Shown: positions 16,986 to 27,588, numbered from the stretch's first letter. The stretch is 64,000 bases of DNA from a candidate division FCPU426 bacterium (GCA_963719085.1 CAVRAL010000001.1:1024001-1088000); one strand, 5' to 3'. The notes: generated by a model from the letters alone, not told the origin. A program made the numbers and translations.

Positions 16986-18020
16986 TTAAAGACACCCAAA
17001 CCAAGTTGGGGTTCCGCCCAAATTTTCCGCCAGCGGGATCCAACGGCTGTCCAAACGGGCCGCCAAATTGTACAAAAGACCGCTGGTCTTCGGGTCCCAC
17101 TTTCCTGAAAAACCCTTCACCCCCGCCTCACGTCTTTTCGCGTCAAAAGCGACAGTGGAATGAACAAACTCAATATGGGATTCTTTTCCCTCAGCGAAAG
17201 GCTCGAGCCACTCCAAGGCTTTTTCCAGCGACGCGCCCTTCGAGTTGGTGAGATGAAGCCAATCCTGTCCATGGGCCTTGGCCGCCAAAGCCGACAGCGC
17301 CAGGGGTTCCAAATCGTAAACCGTGTAATGGATCGCGTCCCTTTCGCTGTAGTCAATGGTCGATCCGTCGGCGTTAAGGTTCACCTCAAGTTGTTTTTGA
17401 AAAGCGGCCTTCGCCCGGGAAATAAGTTCCGCGTCGCCCAGCGCGAAAGCCGCTAAAACCGCCAGCTTCACCCGGTGGCTTTGCCAGTTATTGGTCCGCG
17501 TCCCTTCCATCGTGATATTTCGGCCTTCTAAATAACCCGTGGCCATGTCCCGCAAAAACGCTTTCATCCTTACTTGGGTCGGGGCCTCGAGTTTGGCGCC
17601 CACCAAGTCATACCCAAGAACAAAGGAATCAAAACGGGTTTCGTCAATCGGATTGAAGCTAGGATGATAAACCGTGAGCCAAGCGTCGTAATAGTTTTGA
17701 CAAGCCGTCAAATAGCCGGCCTTTTCGCTCAATTGATAAGCCGCGGCTAAATCCAGGATCGCCTCCATATCCTTGAGCGATTCAAGGCTTTGATCGTAAA
17801 TGCCCTGGTGCGGAAGCGTGCCTTCCACGTGGATTAAAGCGATGGCTTTTGGCGCGCGATGGGAGGCCGCGTCGGCGGACGAAAGGATTTTTTCAGCGAT
17901 TGGGCCCGTGACCGGCGTGGAAAAGACCGGCGGGTTCAAGACGGCGAAATCCCGCGCGTTGACCGGGAGCGTCAGCCCCCCAAACAAAAAAGCGATTCCT
18001 AAGAAAACCTTCCGGCTCAA
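16986..18020 (-). CDS. Alginate-lyase-family (alpha/alpha toroid) secreted protein
   Basis: Signal peptide; NNWQSHR and RDAIHYTVYDLEP motifs. Confidence 0.7.
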   Translation of the reverse strand: MSRKVFLGIAFLFGGLTLPVNARDFAVLNPPVFSTPVTGPIAEKILSSADAASHRAPKAIALIHVEGTLPHQGIYDQSLESLKDMEAILDLAAAYQLSEKAGYLTACQNYYDAWLTVYHPSFNPIDETRFDSFVLGYDLVGAKLEAPTQVRMKAFLRDMATGYLEGRNITMEGTRTNNWQSHRVKLAVLAAFALGDAELISRAKAAFQKQLEVNLNADGSTIDYSERDAIHYTVYDLEPLALSALAAKAHGQDWLHLTNSKGASLEKALEWLEPFAEGKESHIEFVHSTVAFDAKRREAGVKGFSGKWDPKTSGLLYNLAARLDSRWIPLAENLGGTPTWFGCL

Positions 18021-19600
18021 GATTTGCGTCTTTCACGGTCTTTCAAAAGCTTGTATTCAATCGAGTCGACCAAGGCCTCCCAGGAAGCCTCGATGATATT
18101 TTCGGAAACACCCACGGTTCCCCAACTGTCTTTCTTATCCTGACTCTCGATTAAAACCCGAACCTTGGCCGCGGTTCCTTCTTTGGCGTCCAAGACCCGA
18201 ACCTTAAAATCGGTCAAACGGACGTCTTTGAGGCTGGGATAAAATTTCGTCAGCGCTTTTCGCAAAGCCTGGTCCAGGGCGTTGATGGGACCATCTCCCT
18301 CGCCCACGGTATTTTCTAAAACCCCGTTCACCTTCACCTTAATGGTGGCTTCGGAAACCATGTCCCCTTCGTTGCGGTTTTCAACGATAACCCGGAAACC
18401 CACCAAATCGAAAAAACTCCGGTGTTGGCCCATGGCCTTTTTCAAGAGCAAGTCGAAGGACGCTTCCGCTCCCTCAAATTGATAGCCTTCGCTCTCCATC
18501 TTTTTAACGGTCTCAATGACTTCCCGGGCTTCGGACTTGTCTTTATTGAGGCGGATGTTTTTGCTGCCCGCCTTATGCATCACGACGGCCAAACCGGCCT
18601 GGTCGGACATCAGGATATTTCGGGCGTTACCCACCCGCGCCGGATCGATATGTTCATAGGTCTTGGCGAATTTATTGACCGCCGCGATGTGGACCCCCGC
18701 CTTGTGGGCGAAGGCGCTTTTACCGACATAGGGGGCGTTATCCCGGGGGTGTAGATTACAAATTTCATCCACCCGGCGCGAAACTTCGGTTAAGCGGTCA
18801 AGATGAATGGGTTTGATAAAAGACGCTTGGTACTTCAGGACCAAATTCGGAATCATGGAGGTCAAATTGGTGTTGCCCGTGCGTTCGCCGTAACCGTTCA
18901 CGCAGCCTTGAATCTGGGTCACGCCCGCCGCCACCGCCGCGTGGCTGTTGGCCACGGCCAAGTCGCCATCATTATGGCAATGAATGCCCAAAACCGCTTC
19001 AGGAAATCGCTGGCGGACCCGGGTGACCACGGCGTCCACGTCTTCCGGCAAGGACCCGCCGTTGGTATCGCAAAGCACCAAACAGTCGGCGCCTCCGGCC
19101 AGCGCCGCCTCCAAACATTGCAAAGCGTATTCGGGATTGGCTTTATAGCCGTCGAAAAAATGCTCGGCGTCGTAAAACATCTCGTCCACGCGGGATTTTA
19201 AAAATTTCACCGAATCCTGGATCAGCTCAAGATTGGCGCCCAGTGAGATTTTAAGCGCGTGCTCCACGTGAAAGTCCCAGCTTTTGCCGAAAATGGTGAC
19301 GGTGGAAACACCCGCCTTGACGAGATTGACCAAGACCGGATCTTGGGCCGCTTTGCGGTTCGCCCTGCGGGTCATTCCAAAAACCGACAATTTGGCGTTT
19401 TTGAGTTTTAATTTTTTGGCTTCCTTGAAAAAAGCGTCGTCCTTCGGGTTCGCGCCGGGCCAGCCGCCCTCAATGTAATGAAGGCCCAAGCTGTCCAAAG
19501 CTTCCGCCAGGCGCAGCTTATCCTTCACGGATAAATTGATCCCTTGGGTTTGGGGCCCTTCCCTGAGGAGGGCATCGTAAAGAACCAGCTTTTCGCTCAA
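18017..19600 (-). CDS. cimA: Citramalate synthase
   Basis: LREG, IEGGWPGANPKD, DAEHFFDG, HCHND, GYGERTGN. Confidence 0.92.
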   Translation of the reverse strand: MSEKLVLYDALLREGPQTQGINLSVKDKLRLAEALDSLGLHYIEGGWPGANPKDDAFFKEAKKLKLKNAKLSVFGMTRRANRKAAQDPVLVNLVKAGVSTVTIFGKSWDFHVEHALKISLGANLELIQDSVKFLKSRVDEMFYDAEHFFDGYKANPEYALQCLEAALAGGADCLVLCDTNGGSLPEDVDAVVTRVRQRFPEAVLGIHCHNDGDLAVANSHAAVAAGVTQIQGCVNGYGERTGNTNLTSMIPNLVLKYQASFIKPIHLDRLTEVSRRVDEICNLHPRDNAPYVGKSAFAHKAGVHIAAVNKFAKTYEHIDPARVGNARNILMSDQAGLAVVMHKAGSKNIRLNKDKSEAREVIETVKKMESEGYQFEGAEASFDLLLKKAMGQHRSFFDLVGFRVIVENRNEGDMVSEATIKVKVNGVLENTVGEGDGPINALDQALRKALTKFYPSLKDVRLTDFKVRVLDAKEGTAAKVRVLIESQDKKDSWGTVGVSENIIEASWEALVDSIEYKLLKDRERRKS

Positions 19601-20826
19601 GATTTTCTCCCAGCTTTATCCAACCGGAATTTCTTGTGGATGGCGTTAACGGCCTTGGCCACGTCTTTTTGGTCGATGATCACCGATATTTTGATCTCCG
19701 ACGTGGAGATCATCTCGATGTTCACGCCTTCTTCGGCCAGCGCTTTAAACATACCCGCGGCCACGCCCGAATGGGACCGCATCCCCACCCCGACCACCGA
19801 CACCTTGGCGATATCCTCGTCGGCGATGACGCCGGCGGGCTTCAAAGTCTTAGCCGCTTCCGTGACGACCTTCATGGCTTTTTTGAATTCCGATTTGTCC
19901 ACGGTGAAGGAAACGTCCGAATGGCCCTTCTCCCCGATGTTTTGGATGATCATGTCCACGTTCACGCCAGCGGTTCCCAATTTGGAGAAAAGGATGGAAG
20001 CGACCCCCGGCCGGTCCGGCACGCCCCGCACCGTGATCTTGGCCTCGTTTTTATTGTAGGTCACCCCGCTGATGACCACTTTTTCCATGGCTTTGGTCTC
20101 ATGCATCACGATGGTCCCTTCCTTTTCATTAAATGTCGGCCGGACATGGATTTTGATGTCAAAGTTTTTGGCGAATTCCACGGACCGGGCGTTCAAAACT
20201 TGGGCTCCCGCGCTGGCCATCTCGAGCATCTCATCGTAACTGATGGCCGAAAGCTTCCGGGCGTTTTTCACGATTCCCGGATTGGCGGTAAAAACACCGT
20301 CCACATCCTTATAAAACTCACAAACATCGGCTTTCAGCGCCGCCGCGATGGCCACGGCCGTCAAGTCGCTTCCGCCCCGGCCCAAGGTGGTGATTTCATG
20401 CTCCTTATTTTCGCCTTGGAAACCGGCCACGATGACGACCTTGCCTTCGTTCAAAGCCTTGCGCAGGGTCGAGTCGCCGACTTTAACGATGCGGGCCTTT
20501 CCGTGAGCGCTGTCGGTCACGATCCCCACCTGGGGGCCGGTGAAGGATATCGCGTCGCAACCCAGGCTTTTCAAGGCAATGGCCAAAAGCGCGATCGATT
20601 GCTGCTCCCCGGTGGCGAGCAAAACGTCCATTTCCCGCTCGTCAGGTTCGTCGGTGATTTTCCAGGCCAAGTCGATGAGATTATCCGTCGTGTCCCCGGG
20701 CGCCGAAACGACGACCACGATTTGGTTTCCCTGCTTTCGGTTTTTGGCGATCCGTTTGGCCACTTCCAACATCTTGGCGGCGTCCGCCACCGAGGATCCG
20801 CCGAATTTTTGAACGAGTAGGGCCAA
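19597..20826 (-). CDS. lysC: Aspartate kinase
   Basis: VQKFGGSSV, TTLGRGGSD, two ACT domains; TTG start. Confidence 0.97.
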   Translation of the reverse strand: MALLVQKFGGSSVADAAKMLEVAKRIAKNRKQGNQIVVVVSAPGDTTDNLIDLAWKITDEPDEREMDVLLATGEQQSIALLAIALKSLGCDAISFTGPQVGIVTDSAHGKARIVKVGDSTLRKALNEGKVVIVAGFQGENKEHEITTLGRGGSDLTAVAIAAALKADVCEFYKDVDGVFTANPGIVKNARKLSAISYDEMLEMASAGAQVLNARSVEFAKNFDIKIHVRPTFNEKEGTIVMHETKAMEKVVISGVTYNKNEAKITVRGVPDRPGVASILFSKLGTAGVNVDMIIQNIGEKGHSDVSFTVDKSEFKKAMKVVTEAAKTLKPAGVIADEDIAKVSVVGVGMRSHSGVAAGMFKALAEEGVNIEMISTSEIKISVIIDQKDVAKAVNAIHKKFRLDKAGRKS

Positions 20827-20828
20827 GG

Positions 20829-21890
20829 TTAAATCCCCATAATTTTTAAGATGTCTTGAACTTCCGGCTTCACCACGTGATGCTTCGCCTTTTGTTTCAC
20901 CGCCGTGTCCGGATCTTTCAAACCATGCCCGGTCAGCGTGCAAACGATCCGCTTTTGACCGTCCAGGAAAAATTTTTCTTTGTTCTTTTTAATCACGCCC
21001 GCCAAGGAAGCCGCGGAGGCAGGCTCACAAAAGATGCCTTCCATGGACGCCAGCATGTTATAGGCTTCCAAAATCTCATCGTCGGTGACCGCCTCGATCA
21101 ATCCCCGGGACTCGTCCCGGGCGGCTTCCGCCGGCTTCCAGGAATAGGGATTCCCAATCTTGATGGCGGTGGCGATGGTCTTGGGATCCGAAATGATCTT
21201 TTTTTCCACGATCGGCGCCGAGCCCGCGGCTTGGAACCCGCACATTTTAGGAAGCTGCTTGGCGATTCCCTTGCGTTGGTATTCCTTATAACCCTTCCAA
21301 TAAGCCGTGATATTACCGGCGTTGCCCACAGGAATGGCGTGATATTCGGGCGCGTCGCCCAAGGTATCCACGATCTCAAAGGCGGCGGTTTTTTGGCCCT
21401 CAATGCGGTAAGGGTTGGCCGAGTTGACCAGGGTCACCGGATATTGGGTCGTGATCTCACGGACCAAGTCGAGGGCTTTATCGAAGTTGCCCTCAATCGC
21501 GATGACTTCAGCCCCGTGGATGAGGGTCTGGGCGATCTTACCCAGCGCGATGGCTCCGTGCGGTAAAATTACGCAGCATTTCAATCCCGCCGCGGCCGCG
21601 TAAGCCGCCGCGGAGGCTGAGGTGTTGCCGGTGGAGGCGCACATGACGATTTTACTTTTTTCCTCAACCGCCTTGGAAATGGCCATGGTCATGCCCCGGT
21701 CCTTGAAGGAACCGGTCGGATTAAGACCCTCAAACTTCATGTAAATTTTAAGACCGTTGCCGAGTTTTTCAGAAATGTGGCGAGCGAACAAAAGCGGCGT
21801 GTCGCCTTCCTTTAAGGTGATGACGGGGGTGGCATCGGTGACCGGCAGATAGGGGCGGTATTCCTCAATGAGGCCCTTCCAATAGGCCAT
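20829..21890 (-). CDS. thrC: Threonine synthase (housekeeping)
   Basis: EGLNPTGSFKDRG, CASTGNTSAS; lies between hom and lysC. Confidence 0.96.
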   Translation of the reverse strand: MAYWKGLIEEYRPYLPVTDATPVITLKEGDTPLLFARHISEKLGNGLKIYMKFEGLNPTGSFKDRGMTMAISKAVEEKSKIVMCASTGNTSASAAAYAAAAGLKCCVILPHGAIALGKIAQTLIHGAEVIAIEGNFDKALDLVREITTQYPVTLVNSANPYRIEGQKTAAFEIVDTLGDAPEYHAIPVGNAGNITAYWKGYKEYQRKGIAKQLPKMCGFQAAGSAPIVEKKIISDPKTIATAIKIGNPYSWKPAEAARDESRGLIEAVTDDEILEAYNMLASMEGIFCEPASAASLAGVIKKNKEKFFLDGQKRIVCTLTGHGLKDPDTAVKQKAKHHVVKPEVQDILKIMGI

Positions 21891-21891
21891 C

Positions 21892-23211
21892 TTATTCTCC
21901 CCGGTCCATGCGGATGAGAAGCGTTTCTTCCCGCACGAAAGGCAGGCCATTGATCTTTTTCAAGGCTTCCTGCACGTTTTTCTCAACAGCCTCATAGGTC
22001 ACGATCACCACCGGCACCTTGTCGCCCTTTTTCTGTTCTTTTTGGATGACCGAGGCGATGGAAATTTGATGCTCCCCCAGAATTCGGGCAATGGCCGAAA
22101 GCACGCCCGCCTGGTCCACCACGCTGAACTTTAAATAATAGCGGGACTTGATGTCGCCCATCTTGCGGATGCGCTTTACTTGGGGGTTATCGCTCAAAAA
22201 CCAGTTGTTGGACGTCTCGCCCGCCACATTGTCATGTACGGCGCGGCTGACATAAATGAGATCGCTCATGACCGCGGAGGCCGTGGGGTTTTTCCCGGCG
22301 CCCAGGCCGTAATACATGGTGGTTCCCACGAAATCGCCGGTCACCAGGACGCCGTTATATTCCCCATCCACCTTGGCCAGCAAATGGTCTTCCGGAATCA
22401 AAGTAGGATGCACCCGAACTTCCAGCTCATCGCCCTCAACTTCAGCGATGGCGAAAAGTTTTACCACGCGGCCAAACTCTTCCTTGGCGAACTCAATATC
22501 CTGGACCGTAATGCGCTCAATGCCCTCAACATAAATGTCCTCGACCTTGACCCGTTTGGAAAAGGCCAGCGACGCCAGGATGGCCAGCTTGTGGGCCGCG
22601 TCCATGCCGTTGATGTCGAGCGTTGGATCGGCTTCGGCCAAACCCTTTTTCTGGGCCATTTGCAAAGCTTCTTTGAAAGTTTTCTTTTCCTCGGTCATCT
22701 TCTGAAGGATGAAATTGGTGGTGCCGTTCACGATGCCGTAAATGGAAGTGATGTTATTGGGAGCCAATCCGTCGTTGATGGCTTGAATGACCGGTATCCC
22801 GCCGCAGACGGCGGCCTCGAAATAAATGTCCACTTTATTCTGGCGGGCGGTTTGGATGAGCTCATCCCAATGCACCGACAAGACCGCCTTGTTGGCCGTG
22901 ACGATATGTTTGCCCTGGCGCATGGCGTCCAGGAGATAGGTGCGGGCCGGCTCGTAGCCGCCCATCAGTTCCAAAACGATATCGATCTCGGGATCGCCGA
23001 CAATATCCTCGAAACTGGTGGTCATCATGCCTTCGGGCACGACCACTTCCCGAACCTTGGCGATGTCCTGCACCAGGATTTTTTTGATCTTGATCTGGGC
23101 GCCGATCTTGTCTTCGATCAGGGTGCGGTTTTTTTCCAATAGACGGTAAAGCCCCTGGCCCACATTGCCGAAGCCCACCATGCCAATTTGAATGACCGAT
23201 TTTTCAGCCAT
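21892..23211 (-). CDS. hom: Homoserine dehydrogenase
   Basis: GFGNVG, VTANKA, EAAVCGGIP, C-terminal ACT domain. Confidence 0.97.
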   Translation of the reverse strand: MAEKSVIQIGMVGFGNVGQGLYRLLEKNRTLIEDKIGAQIKIKKILVQDIAKVREVVVPEGMMTTSFEDIVGDPEIDIVLELMGGYEPARTYLLDAMRQGKHIVTANKAVLSVHWDELIQTARQNKVDIYFEAAVCGGIPVIQAINDGLAPNNITSIYGIVNGTTNFILQKMTEEKKTFKEALQMAQKKGLAEADPTLDINGMDAAHKLAILASLAFSKRVKVEDIYVEGIERITVQDIEFAKEEFGRVVKLFAIAEVEGDELEVRVHPTLIPEDHLLAKVDGEYNGVLVTGDFVGTTMYYGLGAGKNPTASAVMSDLIYVSRAVHDNVAGETSNNWFLSDNPQVKRIRKMGDIKSRYYLKFSVVDQAGVLSAIARILGEHQISIASVIQKEQKKGDKVPVVIVTYEAVEKNVQEALKKINGLPFVREETLLIRMDRGE

Positions 23212-23241
23212 GCCAACGGTCTCCTGGAATTACCGGAATAG

Positions 23242-23271
23242 AAAACGCCCGGGACCAACGGCCCGGGCGTC
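23242..23271 (-). terminator. GC hairpin with short U-tract between the aminotransferase and hom
   Basis: ACGCCCGGG/CCCGGGCGT followed by TTTT on minus strand. Confidence 0.55.
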
Positions 23272-23334
23272 TAAAAGCGAGTGGAAATACTAACGAAAAA
23301 AGCCTTTGTTTTCAACCAAAAGACCCGTGGCGGC

Positions 23335-24501
23335 CTAAGCCACCGCGTCTTTAAAGCGCTTCAGGCCTTCTTCAATGACCTTTTCGCTGGTGGCGTAAGA
23401 AAGCCGCAAATAACCCTCGGCCCCAAAGGCGATTCCGGGAGCCAAGGCCAATTTGGCCTTCTCGAGTAGGTAGTCCGAAAGCTCCAGGGAGTTGGCGCGG
23501 CCTGGTTTGAAAAGCCCCTTCACGTTGGGAAACACGTAAAAGGCCCCCGCCGGCTTCAGGCACTTCACGCCCGGAATGGCGTTAAGGCCGTCCACGATCA
23601 TGTCCCGGCGTTTTTGGAAAATCGCCACCATCTTTTGAATTTCGGAGTCCGGCAAGGTCAAGGCCGCGACGGCCGCCTTTTGGGAAATCGAGGAGGGGTT
23701 GGAAGTCGAGTGGCTTTGGAAATCCCCCACCGCCTTCATCACGTTCGCGGGTCCGGCCATATAACCGATGCGCCAGCCAGTCATGGCGTAGGCTTTCGAC
23801 ATCCCGTTGATCAGGATCGTTTGAGCCGCCACTTCTTTGGACAAGGTCGGAAAACAAACATGCGTTTCCCCATAAACGAGCTTGGCGTAAATTTCGTCCG
23901 AAATGACCCAGAGCTTATGTTGAAGCGCCAACTCCGCGATGCCTTCCATCGTTTTGCGGTCAACTACCGCGCCCGTGGGGTTGCTGGGCGAATTGAGCAG
24001 AATGACTTTGGTCTTCGGGGTGATCTTGGCTTTCAAAGCCGCCGCCGTCAATTTGAAGCCATCGGCTTCCGGACATTCCACGTAAACCGGAACGCCCCCG
24101 GCCATCTTGACTTGCTCCGGATAGGTCACCCAATAGGGTGAAGGAATCAAAACCTCGTCACCCGGATTGACCAAGGCCAGCATGGCATTATAAAGCGAAT
24201 GTTTGGCGCCATTGGAGATGACAATGTCGTTCGGGGAATATTGGATTTTATATTCGCGGTTCAGGTAATCCCCCACGGCTTTACGGAGTTCAACGGTTCC
24301 CGCCGCGGGCGTGTATTTATGGTGGCCTTCGTCGATAGCCTTCTTGGCGGCGTCACAGGCGATTTGCGGCGTGTTGAAATCGGGTTCCCCTGCGCCGAAA
24401 TTGAGGATGTCTTGGCCTTCTTCTTTGAGCTTTTTGGCCTTCGCGTCGATGGCCAAAGTCATCGAGGGGGCGATTTGCTTCATGCGTTCAGCGATATCCA
24501 T
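23335..24501 (-). CDS. aspC: Aspartate aminotransferase (class I/II PLP)
   Basis: GAGEPDF, NSPSNPTG, SDEIY, SKAYAMTGWRIG. Confidence 0.9.
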   Translation of the reverse strand: MDIAERMKQIAPSMTLAIDAKAKKLKEEGQDILNFGAGEPDFNTPQIACDAAKKAIDEGHHKYTPAAGTVELRKAVGDYLNREYKIQYSPNDIVISNGAKHSLYNAMLALVNPGDEVLIPSPYWVTYPEQVKMAGGVPVYVECPEADGFKLTAAALKAKITPKTKVILLNSPSNPTGAVVDRKTMEGIAELALQHKLWVISDEIYAKLVYGETHVCFPTLSKEVAAQTILINGMSKAYAMTGWRIGYMAGPANVMKAVGDFQSHSTSNPSSISQKAAVAALTLPDSEIQKMVAIFQKRRDMIVDGLNAIPGVKCLKPAGAFYVFPNVKGLFKPGRANSLELSDYLLEKAKLALAPGIAFGAEGYLRLSYATSEKVIEEGLKRFKDAVA

Positions 24502-24541
24502 TTCTCAATCTCCTGAATTTTAAAACTTCTTCGAAAACCCA

Positions 24542-24640
24542 TTTCACCACCAAGACACCAAGGCACCAAAAACGAATTATTCCGATTTAATCAAAACTTT
24601 TTCTCTTGCCACCTTGGCGTCTTGGTGCCTTGGTGGTAAA
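24542..24640. repeat. REP-like long inverted repeat built of CCAAG units
   Basis: ACCACCAAGACACCAAGGCACCAA ... TTGGCGTCTTGGTGCCTTGGTGGT. Confidence 0.75.
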
Positions 24641-24652
24641 AGCCTTTTTTCA

Positions 24653-25834
24653 TTAAGAAAACAGCTTCTTCATATTCCGCAAGGCCTGACGGCTGCGGTC
24701 TTTGTTTTCCACCAGGGCCATGCGGATATAGCCTTCGCCCAAGTCCCCAAAACCCGTGCCCGGAGCGACAGCCACACCCGCTTCTTTTAAGAGCATCATG
24801 GAAAAGTCCAGCGAGTTCATTTTCGAAAACTTCGGCGGGATTTTCGCCCACAAATACATGGCGGCGCGGGGCTTATCCACCGGCCAGCCCATTTGATTCA
24901 TGCCCTCCACCATAATGTTGCGGCGCTCTTGGTAAACCGCCGCCAACTTGCGCAGGTTTTCTTCCGGGCTATCCAATGCCGTAATCGCCGCCACCTGGAT
25001 CGGGGTGAAGATTCCGTAATCCATGTAGCTCTTGATTTTGGCCAAGGCCCCGATAATTTTTGGATTCCCGGCCGCGAAGCCAATGCGCCAGCCCGCCATG
25101 TTATAGGACTTGGACATGGTGAAAACCTCAACGCCCACGTCTTTGGCGCCCTTCACCGAAAGAAAGCTCGGCGACTTGTAGCCGTCATAAACAATGTCGG
25201 CATAAGCCAGATCATGGACAACCGTCACCTGGGTTTTCTTGGCCCACTTCACGATGTCCTTGAAATATTCTTGGTCCACGCTGACGGTCGTCGGGTTATG
25301 GGGGAAATTGATGATCAGCACCTTCGGCTTGGGGCTGGATTTTTTATAAGCCTTTTCCAGGTTTTTAAAAAAGACTTCCGGACCCTCGATGATGGGCACG
25401 GAAACGATTTTTCCGCCGGCGATGATGATGCTGTAATGGTGGATCGGGTAAGTGGGATTCGGCACCAAAATTTTGTCGCCCCGGTTGAAAAGCGCCAACC
25501 CTAAATGGGCCAACCCTTCTTTGGAACCGATGACCGAGACCGCTTCGGTCTTAGGATCAATGGAAACGTTATATTTGCGCTCGTACCAGCGGGAAACCGC
25601 CTTGAGGAAGGCCGGAATCCCTTTGGACGTGGAATAGCGGTGGGCTTTCTTGTCCCGCACGACCTCAATCAATTTGTCCACGATGGGCTGGGGAGTTTGG
25701 TTGTCCGGATTCCCCATGCCGAAGTCGATCACATCCACGCCCTTGTGGCGCGCCGCCAGTTTTTCGGCGTTCAACCGCGCGAAAATATAAGGCGGGAATT
25801 TTTTGATGAGTTCGGACTCAAATTGAAAAGCCAT
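24653..25834 (-). CDS. AlaC/LL-DAP-type aminotransferase (class I/II)
   Basis: DFGMGNPD, IGSKEGLAHL, HDLAYAD, SKSYNMAGWRIG. Confidence 0.9.
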   Translation of the reverse strand: MAFQFESELIKKFPPYIFARLNAEKLAARHKGVDVIDFGMGNPDNQTPQPIVDKLIEVVRDKKAHRYSTSKGIPAFLKAVSRWYERKYNVSIDPKTEAVSVIGSKEGLAHLGLALFNRGDKILVPNPTYPIHHYSIIIAGGKIVSVPIIEGPEVFFKNLEKAYKKSSPKPKVLIINFPHNPTTVSVDQEYFKDIVKWAKKTQVTVVHDLAYADIVYDGYKSPSFLSVKGAKDVGVEVFTMSKSYNMAGWRIGFAAGNPKIIGALAKIKSYMDYGIFTPIQVAAITALDSPEENLRKLAAVYQERRNIMVEGMNQMGWPVDKPRAAMYLWAKIPPKFSKMNSLDFSMMLLKEAGVAVAPGTGFGDLGEGYIRMALVENKDRSRQALRNMKKLFS

Positions 25835-25911
25835 GGTGTCTCACTTGTCGCTAATAAAGTACAAGCGCGAAGGTTCGCCCTTCGCGCTTGCGGGTGTGGC
25901 TGTTGATTGGT

Positions 25912-26832
25912 TTATAATTTTACGGTAGGAAGGCTCGCGAATCGATAAAATTCTTTGGCCCTTTGGCGCACCTTGCCCAAGGTCAAGCCCGCCACGCCCT
26001 TCACGCCCAACTGCTCCACCGTGAAGGAAGCGGTGAGGCTTCCCGCCACAATGGCTTGCTTCAAGGTTTCCAGATTCACTTTGCCCAGACGGGCCAGATA
26101 GCCGATAAAACCTCCGGCAAAAGTATCTCCCGCGCCGGTCGGATCCACCACCCGTTCCAAGGGCATCGCCGGGGATAAAAAGACGCCTTCCGGGCCGATG
26201 AGCATGGCGCCATGCTCCCCCTTCTTGACAATGACCCGCTTGGGCCCCATTTTCAAAATCGCCCGGGCCGCCTGCTTCAAATGGGCCTCGCCGGTCAAGA
26301 GACGCACTTCCTGGTCGTTCAAAACCATGAGATCGACTTTGCCCATGACCTTCAACAAATCCTTTCGGGCGATATTGATCCAAAGGTTCATGGTATCCAA
26401 GAGCGTGAATTTGGGATGACGCATTTGCTGGGTGACCTTGTATTGAAGCGCCGGGTGAATGTTAGCTAGGAATAGGAACGGAATATTTCGGTCCTTTTCG
26501 GGAATCTTCGGATCAAAGGTGGCGAAAACATTCAAGTCGGTTTTCAGGGTATAGGCGATGTTCATGTCTTCCTTCTTATAGAAGCCCTTCCAATAAAAGG
26601 TCTTGCCCTTGGCCCGAACCAAGCCGTCCAATCCGATTTTTTTCGACTTGAGCAATTTGAGATCGTTAGGATGAAAGTCTTCCCCGACTACACCCACAAT
26701 ATGGGTTTTGGTATAAAGGGACGAGGCCAAGCTGGAATAGGTCGCGGCGCCGCCCAGCGTGCGTGGGGTAGAACCATAGGGGGTTTTCAATCCGTCATAA
26801 GCCACCGACCCAACAATGAGTACTTCGGACAT
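25912..26832 (-). CDS. PfkB-family carbohydrate/nucleoside kinase
   Basis: LGGAATY, DPTGAGDTFAGG. Confidence 0.93.
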   Translation of the reverse strand: MSEVLIVGSVAYDGLKTPYGSTPRTLGGAATYSSLASSLYTKTHIVGVVGEDFHPNDLKLLKSKKIGLDGLVRAKGKTFYWKGFYKKEDMNIAYTLKTDLNVFATFDPKIPEKDRNIPFLFLANIHPALQYKVTQQMRHPKFTLLDTMNLWINIARKDLLKVMGKVDLMVLNDQEVRLLTGEAHLKQAARAILKMGPKRVIVKKGEHGAMLIGPEGVFLSPAMPLERVVDPTGAGDTFAGGFIGYLARLGKVNLETLKQAIVAGSLTASFTVEQLGVKGVAGLTLGKVRQRAKEFYRFASLPTVKL

Positions 26833-26910
26833 TTCAAAAACCTTTCCAAATAATTGATTTCAAGCTAAAGCCCAGACTTTCACAATCCCGACGCGAGCAT
26901 CGTTATAGCT

Positions 26911-27588
26911 TCATTTCCCCGACTTTTCAAATCTCGAATCACCAATCCGCTTCATTTTTTTGACCGACCCCACTTCCACGGTTCCCCGCTCTTTTCCCGC
27001 GCCGATTTTCGCTTGTTCATAGCTTTCAGATTCGGTCAGGCTTAATCGAATCATTCGCAGTTCCTCGATGTTTTCCAAAAGGGCCCGGCAAAGCGGGTCG
27101 TTGCTTTTCGTCTCCACCGATTCCCGATAGGCCTCGGTCAATGGATTTTTCCCGTCCACTTTTTGGAAATATTTTTCAGATTCCACCGGCCCCAATCCGA
27201 TGGCGATCCCTTCCACGACCTGGCGCTGCCAATCGCTGACTTTGGAATAGAAATCCTTATCATCCGAATGGGCGCCTAGCTTCCCGCCTTCGTTAATGAT
27301 GAAATCCAGGTAGGACTTGAAAAAATTCTTGGAGGTGAAATCAAACCGTTCTTTCCGCCGAAGCGAATATTCAATGGCCGACCACCACAAGAGGGCCAGC
27401 CAACCAATCACCCAGGCATACCAAGGAACCCATTTCTCAATTGCGAGGATAGGTTTTGTCATAGCCCAAGGTGGAACAAGACCAACAACAAATCCGGCAA
27501 TTTGGAGAATGGCTAGAACTACGAGGAGCGGCGAATGTTGAAAGATGAGTTGGATGAGTTGAAAACGATCTTTAAACCATTTGATCAT
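26911..27588 (-). CDS. Hypothetical membrane protein (2 N-terminal TM)
   Basis: ORF track; hydrophobic segments. Confidence 0.7.
   Translation of the reverse strand: MIKWFKDRFQLIQLIFQHSPLLVVLAILQIAGFVVGLVPPWAMTKPILAIEKWVPWYAWVIGWLALLWWSAIEYSLRRKERFDFTSKNFFKSYLDFIINEGGKLGAHSDDKDFYSKVSDWQRQVVEGIAIGLGPVESEKYFQKVDGKNPLTEAYRESVETKSNDPLCRALLENIEELRMIRLSLTESESYEQAKIGAGKERGTVEVGSVKKMKRIGDSRFEKSGK

Noticed and set aside
19636..23142. Long plus-strand ORFs antisense to lysC, thrC and hom (similar ones over mrdA and the TPR gene)
   Set aside because: Shadow ORFs from codon bias opposite well-conserved genes
23242..23334. Possible thr attenuator upstream of hom
   Set aside because: No Thr-rich leader peptide or T-box motif seen; only a hairpin
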